DNA of 63,442 bases, the filler included, from Octopus bimaculoides (Eukaryota), in the NCBI RefSeq assembly GCF_001194135.2. It is 7 parts of 7 records of this genome, joined end to end, with 100 filler letters (N's around TTAATTAATTAA, not from the genome) between each part and the next. Parts side by side here need not be neighbours in the genome. Positions count along the whole stretch, not along the records: positions 1 to 20,998 come from NC_068990.1; 6 more parts are not named here. One strand, written 5' to 3'. Positions within the stretch are counted from its first letter, which is position 1. The number at the start of each line of letters is the position of its first letter. The notes under the pieces were generated by a model, which did no database searches, was not told the origin of the DNA, and saw only the letters and a program-made list of their open reading frames with translations. A program made the translations under genes and the position numbers. Shown here piece after piece: positions 1 through 10,817 of this stretch.

Positions 1-455
1 AGAAGATCTACAGACACGGTTCGAAAACCACCGGACTGACCTGCCTGAGATGCGGTCAGAGCAACGAAACCGTTCTGCACGCACTCGTGCAGTGTCCAGA
101 TATTTCAGAGCTGTGGACCTTCGTCAAACGGCTGTTGTCGCATGTTGTCACTTATCAGCCGAGTCTATTGTGAATATTGTTCTGCCACCTTCCTTTAAAT
201 GGGAAGGAAAAACGGTTTTCGTAACACTGATATCTATGGCGAAAGAATGCGTGTGGTGGACGCGTTTGAAAGGTTTACAAACAAACACTTTCCTCTCTGG
301 TCAGTCCCTCGTCAACTTTTTCAAGTACCACTTGAAAAAGAGGATGAGGATAGAGAGGAAATTGTCGAATGAAAGTTTCAATAAAAGATGGGTAAATGTG
401 GCAAAAATGGTAAGTATGAAAGACGACACCATTTTAAGCATAAACTTGTAACAAA
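1..455 (+). mobile_element. L1/Tx1-like LINE, 3' end of ORF2 (zinc knuckle and C-terminus), frameshifted
   Basis: Frame 3 from base 3 reads TCLRCGQSNETVLHALVQCPDISELW (CxxC...H...C knuckle found after RT in L1/Tx1). A second frame gives LVNFFKYHLKKRMRIERK...RWVNVAKM, homologous to the ORF at 63236-63433. Confidence 0.75.
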
Positions 456-1890
456 AAGAGACAAAAAGAGAGAAGGTACTTACTTTCATGNNNNNNNNNN
501 NNNNNNNNNNNNNNNNNNNNNNNNNNNNNNNNNNNNNNNNNNNNNNNNNNNNNNNNNNNNNNNNNNNNNNNNNNNNNNNNNNNNNNNNNNNNNNNNNNNN
601 NNNNNNNNNNNNNNNNNNNNNNNNNNNNNNNNNNNNNNNNNNNNNNNNNNNNNNNNNNNNNNNNNNNNNNNNNNNNNNNNNNNNNNNNNNNNNNNNNNNN
701 NNNNNNNNNNNNNNNNNTCGCAATCCCCTCCATTTTTTTTTCCGCGATCCCTTTTGATCGAAATTACCCCCCCCCCCCTCCAAGAAAAGCTCTACATTGT
801 ATTTTGTCTATTTTCTGTATTAAGCCCTGTGTGGCTATAATAAAAATATATCACAGTACTGGTTGCTGACAAGTTTATAGTTGAGCCTGTGACAGTGGAA
901 ATTTCCAGCATCCTTAGCCCCTGCACCACATCCCTGCTGACCGCTATCTGCAAGTGCAAGCCCTGTTAGTCAGAGTGGCTATTCCAGCACATCACCCTAG
1001 CCATCCTCTGAGGCAACACTTTTTCCATTTTATCTGCTTGGACCATGAGGTGGTCTGAATTACAGGAAAGTGAGAGAATGTAAGAATTTTGCAGCTTACT
1101 ACACAAACAATAAAATATTGAGATGATAACAATCAAACTTGTAATAGCTAGAAATCTATCAGTTATTGAATAGAAAAAAAAAATGCAATTACACTCTAAA
1201 TCTGTAGTAAAAAAAATAGATGCATTGAACAGTATTAAACAAGACTATCACTCAAGAATAGTCCATCTGACAGGTTTATGTACAACTTCAACCACAAAGC
1301 TTGGCCTGATCCAAGGCTGGAGTGAAAGATATTTGTCTAAGGATCTGTATGGTGAAATTGAACCTACAACTAAGTGATTGCAAAACAAGCTTTGTCCATC
1401 TTAGCCACTCTAACTCTCACATTTTCCCAAACAGATGCAGGGATATTTCCAAAGCTATGTTTTCAGTCCACTTTAATTTATAATTAATGTAATGTTACTA
1501 TCATTAAATGTGTATAAGTGTGGGTTTCCATACTTGTAATTAGAAGTAGTCAACGCTAGATAATAACACATATAACAATATAATATTTTGAACTGTAACT
1601 AAACAATTGGGTTAAATAAAATTTAGAAAACAGTTACCACATTTTTTTCATTACATGTTACATAATCTTGGAATTGTTTTTAATGAAGAATTATTTCCAG
1701 TTTGGTGGAAAACAAATGTTTAATGACTGGCTATTCACCCAATCACTGAATTGTAAATTGATTAGGTAGTTACTCTGTTGGCTGAAAAACAGATAAAGAA
1801 TTATAACTTACAATGCTCAAAGAAACAGTTTTTTTTTTGAGGGGGCTCTTTCCAGGTGAAGCAAAGTTTGTAGAACCTATTTCTTGGTAT

Positions 1891-1971
1891 TTAGTGAGTC
1901 AGTTCTGAAAGTGCTGTTGTTAGTTTGCTATACACCTTATTATTGCCTTCACTGATTTCAAAGAAGGGAAC
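1891..1971 (-). CDS. FASTKD5: FASTKD5-like, coding exon 6 (last): VPFFEISEGNNKVYSKLTTALSELTH*
   Basis: Acceptor ttttctatccatAG|GTT. Phase 0 matches the previous exon. 81 nt ending in TAA. Completes the RAP domain. Confidence 0.75.
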   Translation of the reverse strand, partial: VPFFEISEGNNKVYSKLTTALSELTH

Positions 1972-2263
1972 CTATGGATAGAAAATGAATAACTGTTTAA
2001 TCAATAGAAAGTGGAGATTTAATTTGTATTGATGTATGAGGAGAATTTAATGAGAAGTAATGCCAGTAATACTGATCTCTAAGCTCTGTATACTTATCTT
2101 CCTGATTTTACCAGCATGGAAGGTAGATATAAATGATGATATGCCAGTGGGTGTAACCAGCCCACTTATGAATACCGCTCATTCATTGGACAATAAACTT
2201 TGCTTGTGAAGACCTATTGAGGCAAGCGAAATCAAATCAAAATTGCTGACATGGCCAATGACA

Positions 2264-2678
2264 GTACCGCCTGATTGGCACTCATGCCAGTGGAATGTTA
2301 AAAGCACATCCAAGCGTGATCGTTGCCAGGGCCATAGATTGGCTCCCATGCCGGTGGCACATGAAAAACAACATTCGAGCATGATCATTGCCAGTGCCGC
2401 TGCGCTGGCTGCTGTGCAGGTAGCATGTAAAAAACACCTTTTGAGTGTGGTCGTTGCCAGCACCGCATGACAAGCCCCCATGCTGGTGGCACGTAAAAGC
2501 AGCCACTACACTCTCGGAGTGGTTGGCGTTAGGAAAGGCGTCCAGCTGTAGAAACTATGCCGGATCAGATTGAGCCTGGTGCAGCCTTCTGGCTCACCAG
2601 TCCTCAGTGAAACTGTACAACCCATGCCAGCATGGAAAACGGACGTTAAATGACAATGATGATGGTGATGATGATGAT
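2264..2678 (+). mobile_element. SINE/LINE-tail-like repeat family D with four ~65-bp tandem subunits and (GAT)n tail
   Basis: GGCACGTAAAAGCA..CACTACACTC...GGCGTTAGGAAAGGCGTCCAGC...GGACGTTAAATGACAATGATGATG. Related diverged copies at ~4030-4225 and ~60310-60470. Confidence 0.7.
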
Positions 2679-2789
2679 TTATTCTTTTGGTCACAAGCCT
2701 AAAGGTCTTGGGCATAGATCAACAGAGACACCAAAATTGAAATGAAAGAAGCAAATTTGACTCTTTCACTTCCCTTCTTCTGGTGACTG

Positions 2790-3085
2790 AAGCAGGAAGA
2801 TTATTGTACTGGTATCAGTAATCCTTGCATCAATTCAACTTCCTGGCTTCTCTCACTCATGAAAATGGCTCCGAGACACTCGAACTTCTCCACCTGCTTC
2901 ACTGTAGCTCCATTAACATGCAAAGTGCACTGGATAGGCTTTCTTGAGAGGACCAATGTCTAAGTCTATGCAACAGTGATTTCCATTCTTGCTGTACAAT
3001 GCCCAGTAGTAAACCTATTTGGTAAATCTATTTGAAGATTAGCTCCTGACAATTTAACTAACATCAAGTTGTCTGCAAATATCAG
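2790..3085 (-). pseudogene. LINE reverse transcriptase remnant (RTE-like)
   Basis: Minus strand translates LIFADNLMLV...LQIDL..F...VNGATVKQVEKFECLGAIF, a degenerate FADD motif followed by QVE.F.YLG, with internal stops. Lies in FASTKD5 intron 5. Confidence 0.7.
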
Positions 3086-3554
3086 TCAACTACTCTCACA
3101 CCCATCCCTTCCTCCTTGGCTGCAAATATCAATCCAGTTTATAGATAAGTTAAATTAGTAACAGAATTAATTGGATCAATACATTCTTATCTGACAAAGA
3201 AGGTCTTTTGTAGACAATGTCATCATAAAACAACTTATTAAATCAGAATGAACATTTTGTTCCTTACAAGTTGTACTTCCTCTCTTGTCTCTTCCTTGTC
3301 ACCTGTCTCTCAGTTGAACTTTCCACACCATAAAAACATTAATTTCTGTCTCAGGCACAAGGTTACAAATATTGTGAGAGAGAGAACAGTCATGACAGTA
3401 CTTGATGGGTTCTTACTTTATGAAAACACTTTCAAATGCGAGTTGATCTTGGCAGGATTTGAAACCAGAACATAAATTACTAAAATGAAGTATCACAAGA
3501 CATTTTGTCCAAAGGTCAACCAATTCTGCTAATAAATGCCAGTTCAAAACTTAC

Positions 3555-3687
3555 CTCAATAACTTTGAAACCTTTTATCTTCAACTGGCGAATTCTAGCT
3601 TTGTGAAGGCCTGTCAGAACATAGGATACTTCGTTGTTACTGTGAAACCGACAAAAAGCATTTGGGCCCAACACTAAGAGAGCCACT
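3555..3687 (-). CDS. FASTKD5: FASTKD5-like, coding exon 5 (RAP domain)
   Basis: Acceptor tatttatttgcAG|A, donor GAG|GTAAGT. Encodes VALLVLGPNAFCRFHSNNEVSYVLTGLHKARIRQLKIKGFKVIE, matching the RAP pattern of FASTK proteins (G.H..K.RQL...G..V.E). Confidence 0.88.
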
Positions 3688-4556
3688 CTGCAAATAAATA
3701 CAATATTCATTAAGTTGACTGAGCCACGGAATTAGTAAACTCTAGAATAAAATGATATTAAGAAATCAACTTCCTATTTACACATCCTGTTCTCCTGTCA
3801 GCACTCACTTCTACTCACCTTTTTAGAATCCACCTCGACACCTCACCACCACTATTTTATCTCTCCACTTCCACCCTGGTTACTAATATAAGTAGCCAAG
3901 TAGCTCCTCTACAGAAAGAAACTGGTTCTGTTCTGGCCCCTTCTTTCATACTTTAACCTCTCACCTCTTAGTATAAGTCCTACTCAGTCAAATGGGATCT
4001 TAATGTTGCAGGCTGCATGATGACCTCAGTAGTGTTGGTACCACAAAAAAAGCACCTAGTACATGCTGTAAAGTGGCTGGCATTAGAAAGGGCAGCCAGC
4101 CATAGAAATGATGCCAAAAGACATATATTGGAGCAAAATATGGTCTTTGAACTGATCAGATCTTGTCAAACCATCCAACTCATGCAACCATGAAACATGG
4201 ACATTAAGTGATGATGATGGTGATGAACACTAATGATTTCTAAATTAGGCACAAGACCAAAAATTTTGAGGGGAGGGATTCATTAAATAAATTAGCCCCA
4301 GTATTTGATTGATATTTATTAACCTAATAATTGGAATTGGAACTCAAGAGCTCAAACAACTGGAACAAAGGTAGCCAAACATTTTAGCTGACACTGCCAA
4401 ATCACAGCCTTCTTTAATCTTTTACTTGCTCCAGTCATTGGATTATGGCCATGCTGGGGAATCACATTTGAATTGGTGCTCCAGCAAGGCCATAATTATG
4501 ATGAATGCAATAATAATAATAATAATAATAAAATGAGATGACAAAGAATCTTGTAC

Positions 4557-4719
4557 CTTTGAACAGAAGAAGAAAACCCAACCATCTGCAAAAGGAGGCT
4601 GTTCAGAGCTGTTGTGGTTTTATTTAGGTCATTAGTTTTATTAACAGATTTAAAACCATTTAAAACCCACTGATAGAGAGGTAGAAGTTTGCCATCATGA
4701 CCAATCTGCATCTCTATGT
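4557..4719 (-). CDS. FASTKD5: FASTKD5-like, coding exon 4
   Basis: Acceptor tgtgttttcAG|AC, donor CAAAG|GTACAA. Encodes DIEMQIGHDGKLLPL...SSVQR. Phases 1 and 2 join exons 3 and 5 in frame. Confidence 0.82.
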
Positions 4720-6683
4720 CTGAAAACACACAAAACATTTCAGTATTAATTACAATGGAAGTGAATGATTTTGAGTCTATTGACTTTAAGGGGTTGTTGA
4801 AAATAAGGTTCTCTAAAGTAAAGTAAAGCAAAAGAGTATTGATAATTAGAAGTGTGGGGATGGGTTCAGACTACTAAATGCCCTTTTGTCTTTAATTCTA
4901 TTCTGGAACATTGGAGCTTGAAGTAGATAAGTTATAAAAAATAGCATGTAAATAATGGGTTAAAAAGAACCCAGCTTTGGACTTTTATTTCATGTTCTCT
5001 TGTAGTTTCTAAATCCTTATGACATTTTTTTATTTATTTGCTGGCTGTCTTCAGTGTCTCAAAATAATCAGACATCATAATATACAGATGCAGACATGTT
5101 TATTAGTAGTTCAGACTTGAATAGACACCAATGGATAATCAATGCTGAATTATTCAAATATTGTTTAATATTACTTCTTGTTGATGATGATCAATCCCAA
5201 ACCTGCAGTCAAAAATGTTCCACTTGTGACAATCCTGGGTATTATCATTATTATTATTAATATTTATTTATTGTTTTATTTTTCGTTTTGTTTTTCAACC
5301 AAGTATAACCAGGACTGTTTTCCAATGTGAACTTGGGGATGGGTTCAGACTACTTTTTTTCAAGACAGAAGGGTATGTGATTGGAGGAAAGTTTGGTGGT
5401 TATTTCTAACAGATCAAGACAAACATGGGTGAGTGATTAAGAAGTTTGCTTGTATCTATGTGGTTTTGAGTTCAATCCAAGTATGTGGCAATTTGGGAAA
5501 ACATCATTCACTTAAATGTTGGGAATGATTAAAGCCTTAAGAATGAAATTCTGTTGACAGAAATGTTTGGAAGGCTGCTGAAAGGACAGTCTTTTTTTTT
5601 GTTTTTGGAGTAGCAGAATTAACCCAATGTCTGTTTATACTGATAGGTTCGCAATCTGGTTCTTGAGTGCCTTTAGTAGAGTTAACTATGTTGGAAACAT
5701 TTGGCAAATATATGGGATCTGAGGAATAACTTCTCATCATCAGTCTCAGAGACCTTTTCACACCCCCAAGATCTTAACTAGAGAAAAACCAATAAAAAAA
5801 TGGTAAAAAGAAAAAAAAAAAAGAAATCTCCCACAGCTTGTAGAGCACTAATAAAGTTAGGTGAAACAATTCCATCTGGAAATCCACCAGGAACTTACCA
5901 CCAATCAACAATAAGCTATTTTGAGAAATTCTTTAAGATTCACAGAGACATTATTCAATATTAAATATGTCTTCTGGAAGATTCACTCAGGAATATGTTA
6001 ATTGCTGTTGTATTTCTTCAATGGTGAACAACTTCTTCTTTCAGACAAATGTGGGCTTATAACACATTTGATTCATTAGAGTAAGAGGACTTTGAGACAT
6101 ATCTTAATGAATTGAGTATGTTATGAATATATTCATCTGAAAGGAGAAGTTATTCTCCAATGACAAAATGTAACAGTGATTAACTAAATTCTTCATTATT
6201 TTCTAAATTAATTGTAACAAAGACAGTGTATTTTCACTGATGTATGGCAACAAAAGGGTTAATATCTTATTTTTAAAGTGTGGTTTCTATGATATTAGAT
6301 TATTAACACAAAAGCATCTAACAGTTTGTTGTATTTTCCCCACAGTAGTTCACTCCAAGGGTACCTTAACCTTTTACCCTGCAAATTACTCTGTCAAATG
6401 TGATGTTTGTTTATTCACTTTGTTTTGAATTAATCATGCATTATCTAGTAGCTTTGAGATTTCAATGCTGTAATTGTTTGTTTTTAGAATGACAATGTAG
6501 AGTAGGTATGAGAGGCCAGATACGGTCAGTATAAACCTAAAACAGGTAGAGTATTTGGGCTTGGTATGGCCAGTTTGAATACTAAGGGATTAAAATATCT
6601 TCAACTTTAGGACTCTGTAAAACATGCTCATAAAAAAGAGTACCAAAAGCTAAAAGGAAATAAAGTAGTGAAAGTATGCTTAC

Positions 6684-6840
6684 CTGCAGTTTGAAAATGA
6701 GGCAAGAAGCAAACAATTTGGTACTTCTCGTTATCATTAATTAGAGTATCAAGTTGTTTAAGAAACTTTAAAAGTAGACTTTCTCGGTGTGACAAATCTG
6801 GAGATTTCAGGTCAGGTAGTTTACAAAACACTTCATGATT
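6684..6840 (-). CDS. FASTKD5: FASTKD5-like, coding exon 3
   Basis: Acceptor aatttttcAG|AAT, donor GCAG|GTAAGC. Encodes NHEVFCKLPDL...CFLPHFQTA(D); LPH...D motif preceding the RAP region. Confidence 0.86.
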
Positions 6841-7397
6841 CTGAAAAATTCATTAAGGCTTAGAATTAATTGCTATCATAAGAAAGCAATTTCATAATCA
6901 AAAATAGAGACACAATAGCTGTGATGTCAAGGTGCAAGGTGCCCTGAGAAAGACAAAAGTTGGATTCAACTCCTGCCCTTTTAGAAAGGGCTACCAATCT
7001 CCTTTGTGTTATTTAGCCCCAGGACAGCCTGAACTGAGCAGGCCTATGATCGAAGACGTTCTAGCCATGACTGATCCATCTTATTTTCAAACATTATATC
7101 TGAGATAAAGCTATCTAACATATTTTCTATTTTAAGATAATAAATAGGGTGTGATTTGAAAGGAATTTAACTGTTATTTCTTGAAGGTTGAACAACTACT
7201 GAGGCTCTTTTGTTTGCCTGAGCATCCAGTAGAATAAACAGTTGCTCTGAATAAACAGATGCAAAGAGAGAAAATGGACATAAAAGAGTAAAAAACTGAA
7301 TGGATAAATATAAAGATACTGACAAAAATTAGTAGCAAACATACTGTAAAAAGTCTGACACATTGAAGAATAAAATGTAGCAGATTATTGGTCTTAC

Positions 7398-7513
7398 CTT
7401 TGATAAAGTGCTGAGAAAATTGTCTGGCAGAAGCGGTCCTGTATAGTTGGGCCGTTCTAGTTTGACACTTTCACTTAAATGAAACAGTTCACGGCGTAAG
7501 TCAAGTCTTTGTG
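7398..7513 (-). CDS. FASTKD5: FASTKD5-like, coding exon 2
   Basis: Acceptor ttttgtactttctcAG|CA, donor AAG|GTAAGA. Encodes QRLDLRRELFHLSESVKLERPNYTGPLLP, similar to the FAST_2-region motif (L...V..E.P.Y.G..L). Confidence 0.86.
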
Positions 7514-8004
7514 CTGAGAAAGTACAAAAGATACTCTTGTAGAGCAGTGAGACAACAAGCACAAACGCATCAACATTGCAAACTAATGAGAGAGTCTCTA
7601 TATCAGGAAATTGGGAGAACCTTATTAATACTGATGGCAAGAAGGAAATGTGTACAAAACGGGAACAGGGAGGGACCACATTGATAGTGAGAGAAATAAT
7701 AAATCCTTACAGATTCATAGTTAAGTAACTTATATATCAATTTAATGTTTTGGTTCTCAGGCTTAAGTCATTTTTTGCCTATTGGCATGCATTCCTACTC
7801 TCTGCCTATGTGGCTGCTTGACCTGCTAGAAATAGCAACCAAATCTGCCACAAATCACAACACACTACCATCTTAAATAAAGGATACATTAGACAATGTA
7901 ATCCCTGAAGTTGATAAAGATTGGATGGTCATGTTTAGAATATCTTAGACTAGCAGAGACGCCTGGCCTTGCTCGGGAATAAAATGGCATAGTTTTTTAT
8001 TGCT

Positions 8005-8255
8005 TTACTTGTTTCAGTCACATGACTGGAGCACCACTATTGGTCAAACAAATCGACTACAGGATTTATTCTTTGTAAGCCAAGTATTTATTCTATCAGT
8101 GTCTTTTGCTGAATTGCTAAGTTATGTGAATGTAAACACAGCAACATCAATTATTAGGCAATGGTGGGGGTACAAACACAGACACAAATATACGACAGTC
8201 TTCTTTCAGTTTCCATGTATAAAATCCACCCACAAGGCTTTGGTCAGGCTATAAT
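8005..8255 (-). mobile_element. SINE family C (tRNA head, internal microsatellite, 3' body), intronic copy
   Basis: TTTCAGTCACATGACTGGAGCACCACT...GGGGTACAAACACAGACAC matches copies at ~19675-19860, 56941-57140, 58703-58920 (minus) and 45471-45861, 46080-46315, 60475-60777 (plus). Confidence 0.75.
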
Positions 8256-9283
8256 ATATATATATATATATANNNNNNNNNNNNNNNNNNNNNNNNNNNN
8301 NNNNNNNNNNNNNNNNNNNNNNNNNNNNNNNNNNNNNNNNNNNNNNNNNNNNNNNNNNNNNNNNNNNNNNNNNNNNNNNNNNNNNNNNNNNNNNNNNNNN
8401 NNNNNNNNNNNNNNNNNNNNNNNNNNNNNNNNNNNNNNNNNNNNNNNNNNNNNNNNNNNNNNNNNNNNNNNNNNNNNNNNNNNNNNNNNNNNNNNNNNNN
8501 NNNNNNNNNNNNNNNNNNNNNNNNNNNNNNNNNNNNNNNNNNNNNNNNNNNNNNNNNNNNNNNNNNNNNNNNNNNNNNNNNNNNNNNNNNNNNNNNNNNN
8601 NNNNNNNNNNNNNNNNNNNNNNNNNNNNNNNNNNNNNNNNNNNNNNNNNNNNNNNNNNNNNNNNNNNNNNNNNNNNNNNNNNNNNNNNNNNNNNNNNNNN
8701 NNNNNNNNNNNNATATATATATATATAGACACTCACACATACATATACACACAGTAACTTCCAGTCACAGCTATCACTTGTTTTCATGCAACATAATATT
8801 TTCCCTAGACTTTTGAGCACAAACAGCATGATGGCTGGACACATTTTCACAAATGATACTGCTTGTATGTTGGTGACGATTTGGTTACAATCTACATGAA
8901 ATATCAAGACAAGAACACACATGACAGGCTTCTTTTACTTTCTATCAACCAACTCCACTCACAAGGATTTGGTTGGCTAAAGGCTATAGTACAAGACATT
9001 TGTCCAAGGTGCCATGTAGTGGGAGTGAATCAAAAATCATACCACCAGGAAGTAAACTTCTTAATCACAGAACCATGTTTGTGTTGTTAATTTCATTTAA
9101 TTATGCTTTGTTTGTTCATGTTACAGATTCTTTTTCAAATTAGTTTTTTCAATAACCCATCAGACAACTTAACAGAGAATTTCTAAAAGATATTTCTTTT
9201 ACCTGGAACTAATTTACAAACCTCAAAAACACAAATAGCAGATATAAAAAGGTAAATATGACAAAAATGAAAGGAATCCTTAC

Positions 9284-10817
9284 TTTTTCGTAAATCATGA
9301 ATTTGTTCCAGCATTTTAGGTTGGAAGATAAAGTCAATGAGTTGGAAGGGATAAAGATCTAGAAATGTCATGGCGACTAAAATATTTAACAAACATTGAG
9401 GGTGTTGCAAAATTTCATTCTTTCGCTTTCCAGACTCCAGTTCCTGTAGTATCTTATCCCAAAACTCAGGAATTGGTCCTAAAACAGGTTCAAGATTGGC
9501 TACAGAAAAGCAGATTTTTGTGATATCTTTCAATCTATACTTGAAAAACTCTTCAAAATTAAGTCGATTTTTTACATTTGCTAAAAATTCATCACTGACA
9601 AAATGAATGTTGTGGAAAAAAAGTATGATGTGCATGAATGTTGAGTAAGTGTATTGATGGAGGTGTTTAGAGATGGGATTTATCAGGTCATCCAGCTCAT
9701 GGAATAATGGCAACATAGTTTTATCTATAGACTTTGAACAAGATATTTGGAAACCTTTAAATATTGAAGCTACAGTCAATGAATCAGCTTGTTCAAGACT
9801 TTCATTAAGTTTTTTTGCAGAGGCTTCAAGAAAATCTGAGTTACGTATTTGTTTTTTGGTTTTGAAAAATCCAAGACAAATAATTGCAGTTTCTTCAATA
9901 GAGAGACTTTCTGAAATTGAAGGTAGACATTGAAGTATTTGAACAGTAATTTCCAAAGGCATTTGGCGGGCAAGATTGGCATAGAACAAACTGAGAACTA
10001 TTTCATGCTTGTTTAATAACCGGTCTTCAATAATTCCAAAAAATGTATGCTTGAACTTACATGTTCTATAATAATGGAGTAAAAAAAAGAAATCATTTGC
10101 TTGAAAGAATTGCTTTAAAGTAAAATCCTTTGAATGTAATACACATTGGTTATCAATGACCTTAGCCATTTGGACACCAATCTTTTGTTGTTGCTTTGTT
10201 GAGCTGGACCGGAATTCAAAATGAATTATAATGTTCATATAATGAAATAATTGCTCAGTATTCCATTTTGGCAGTTGGTCAATCAGAAGTCGACAAATTT
10301 CAAGAAATATTTTATTTGTGAATAACTTATGACGCGTTTCTGCTGAGAATTTTGATAAATTGTGGAATTTATCAAGGATCTGTGTTGGAGAATATGTCTG
10401 AAAGTTATGAAGAAAATCATTCAAGTCTGTAGTTTGGTTTTGACTACAATGTTTGATATATACCCGAGGTAAAAAGAACGACTGATATTCTTGGTTGTGA
10501 GATAAATAATTATAAAAATGCTCATTTTCAGTTTCTTGATGTTGAAAAACTGGGGTATATTTATCTTCTTGGAGGGAAGAATAACTTTTTTTCAGGAACT
10601 GAACTTTTTGATTTTTTCCTTGGACCAAATTGTTTTGATTCTGATAAAATGGTAAGTACTGATGGAGGGAAGATATTTGAAAACCAACAGTTTTCTTTAG
10701 TTGGTTGTGAAATTCTTTGAAACACAAAGTAGAAACAGACGACGATTTGTAAAGAAGGCCAAGGAATTGCAAGGAAACTCTTTTGGAACAATTTTGGCAA
10801 ATAGTTTTTAGAAGCAT
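9284..10817 (-). CDS. FASTKD5: FASTKD5-like, coding exon 1 (large; probable mitochondrial presequence, helical repeats, FAST_1 region)
   Basis: 1.5-kb open frame with FASTK-type helical motifs (LSIEETAIICLGFFKT, YRLKDITKICFSVANL, HPQCLLNILVAMTFLDLYP). Donor CGAAAAA|GTAAGG at 9283 is phase 1 and fits exon 2. An acceptor (ctctgcAG|) lies 19 nt upstream of the ATG, so an upstream non-coding exon is implied. Paralogue assignment (FASTKD5 versus other FASTKD) is from recalled similarity. Confidence 0.88.

Noticed and set aside
388-840. Many ORF-track entries spanning N runs or microsatellites (poly-X, YIYI, HTHT, CVCV, poly-N/Y/L)
   Set aside because: Artefacts of gaps and simple repeats lacking stop codons.
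5537-5761. 74-aa minus-strand ORF between FASTKD5 exons 3 and 4
   Set aside because: Not needed for frame continuity, no family similarity and no convincing splice sites.
9183-9283. C-terminal SKDSFHFCHIYLFISAICVFEVCKLVPGKRNIF of the 544-aa ORF
   Set aside because: Read-through into the intron. The GTAAGG donor at 9283 joins exon 2 in phase and restores family similarity.
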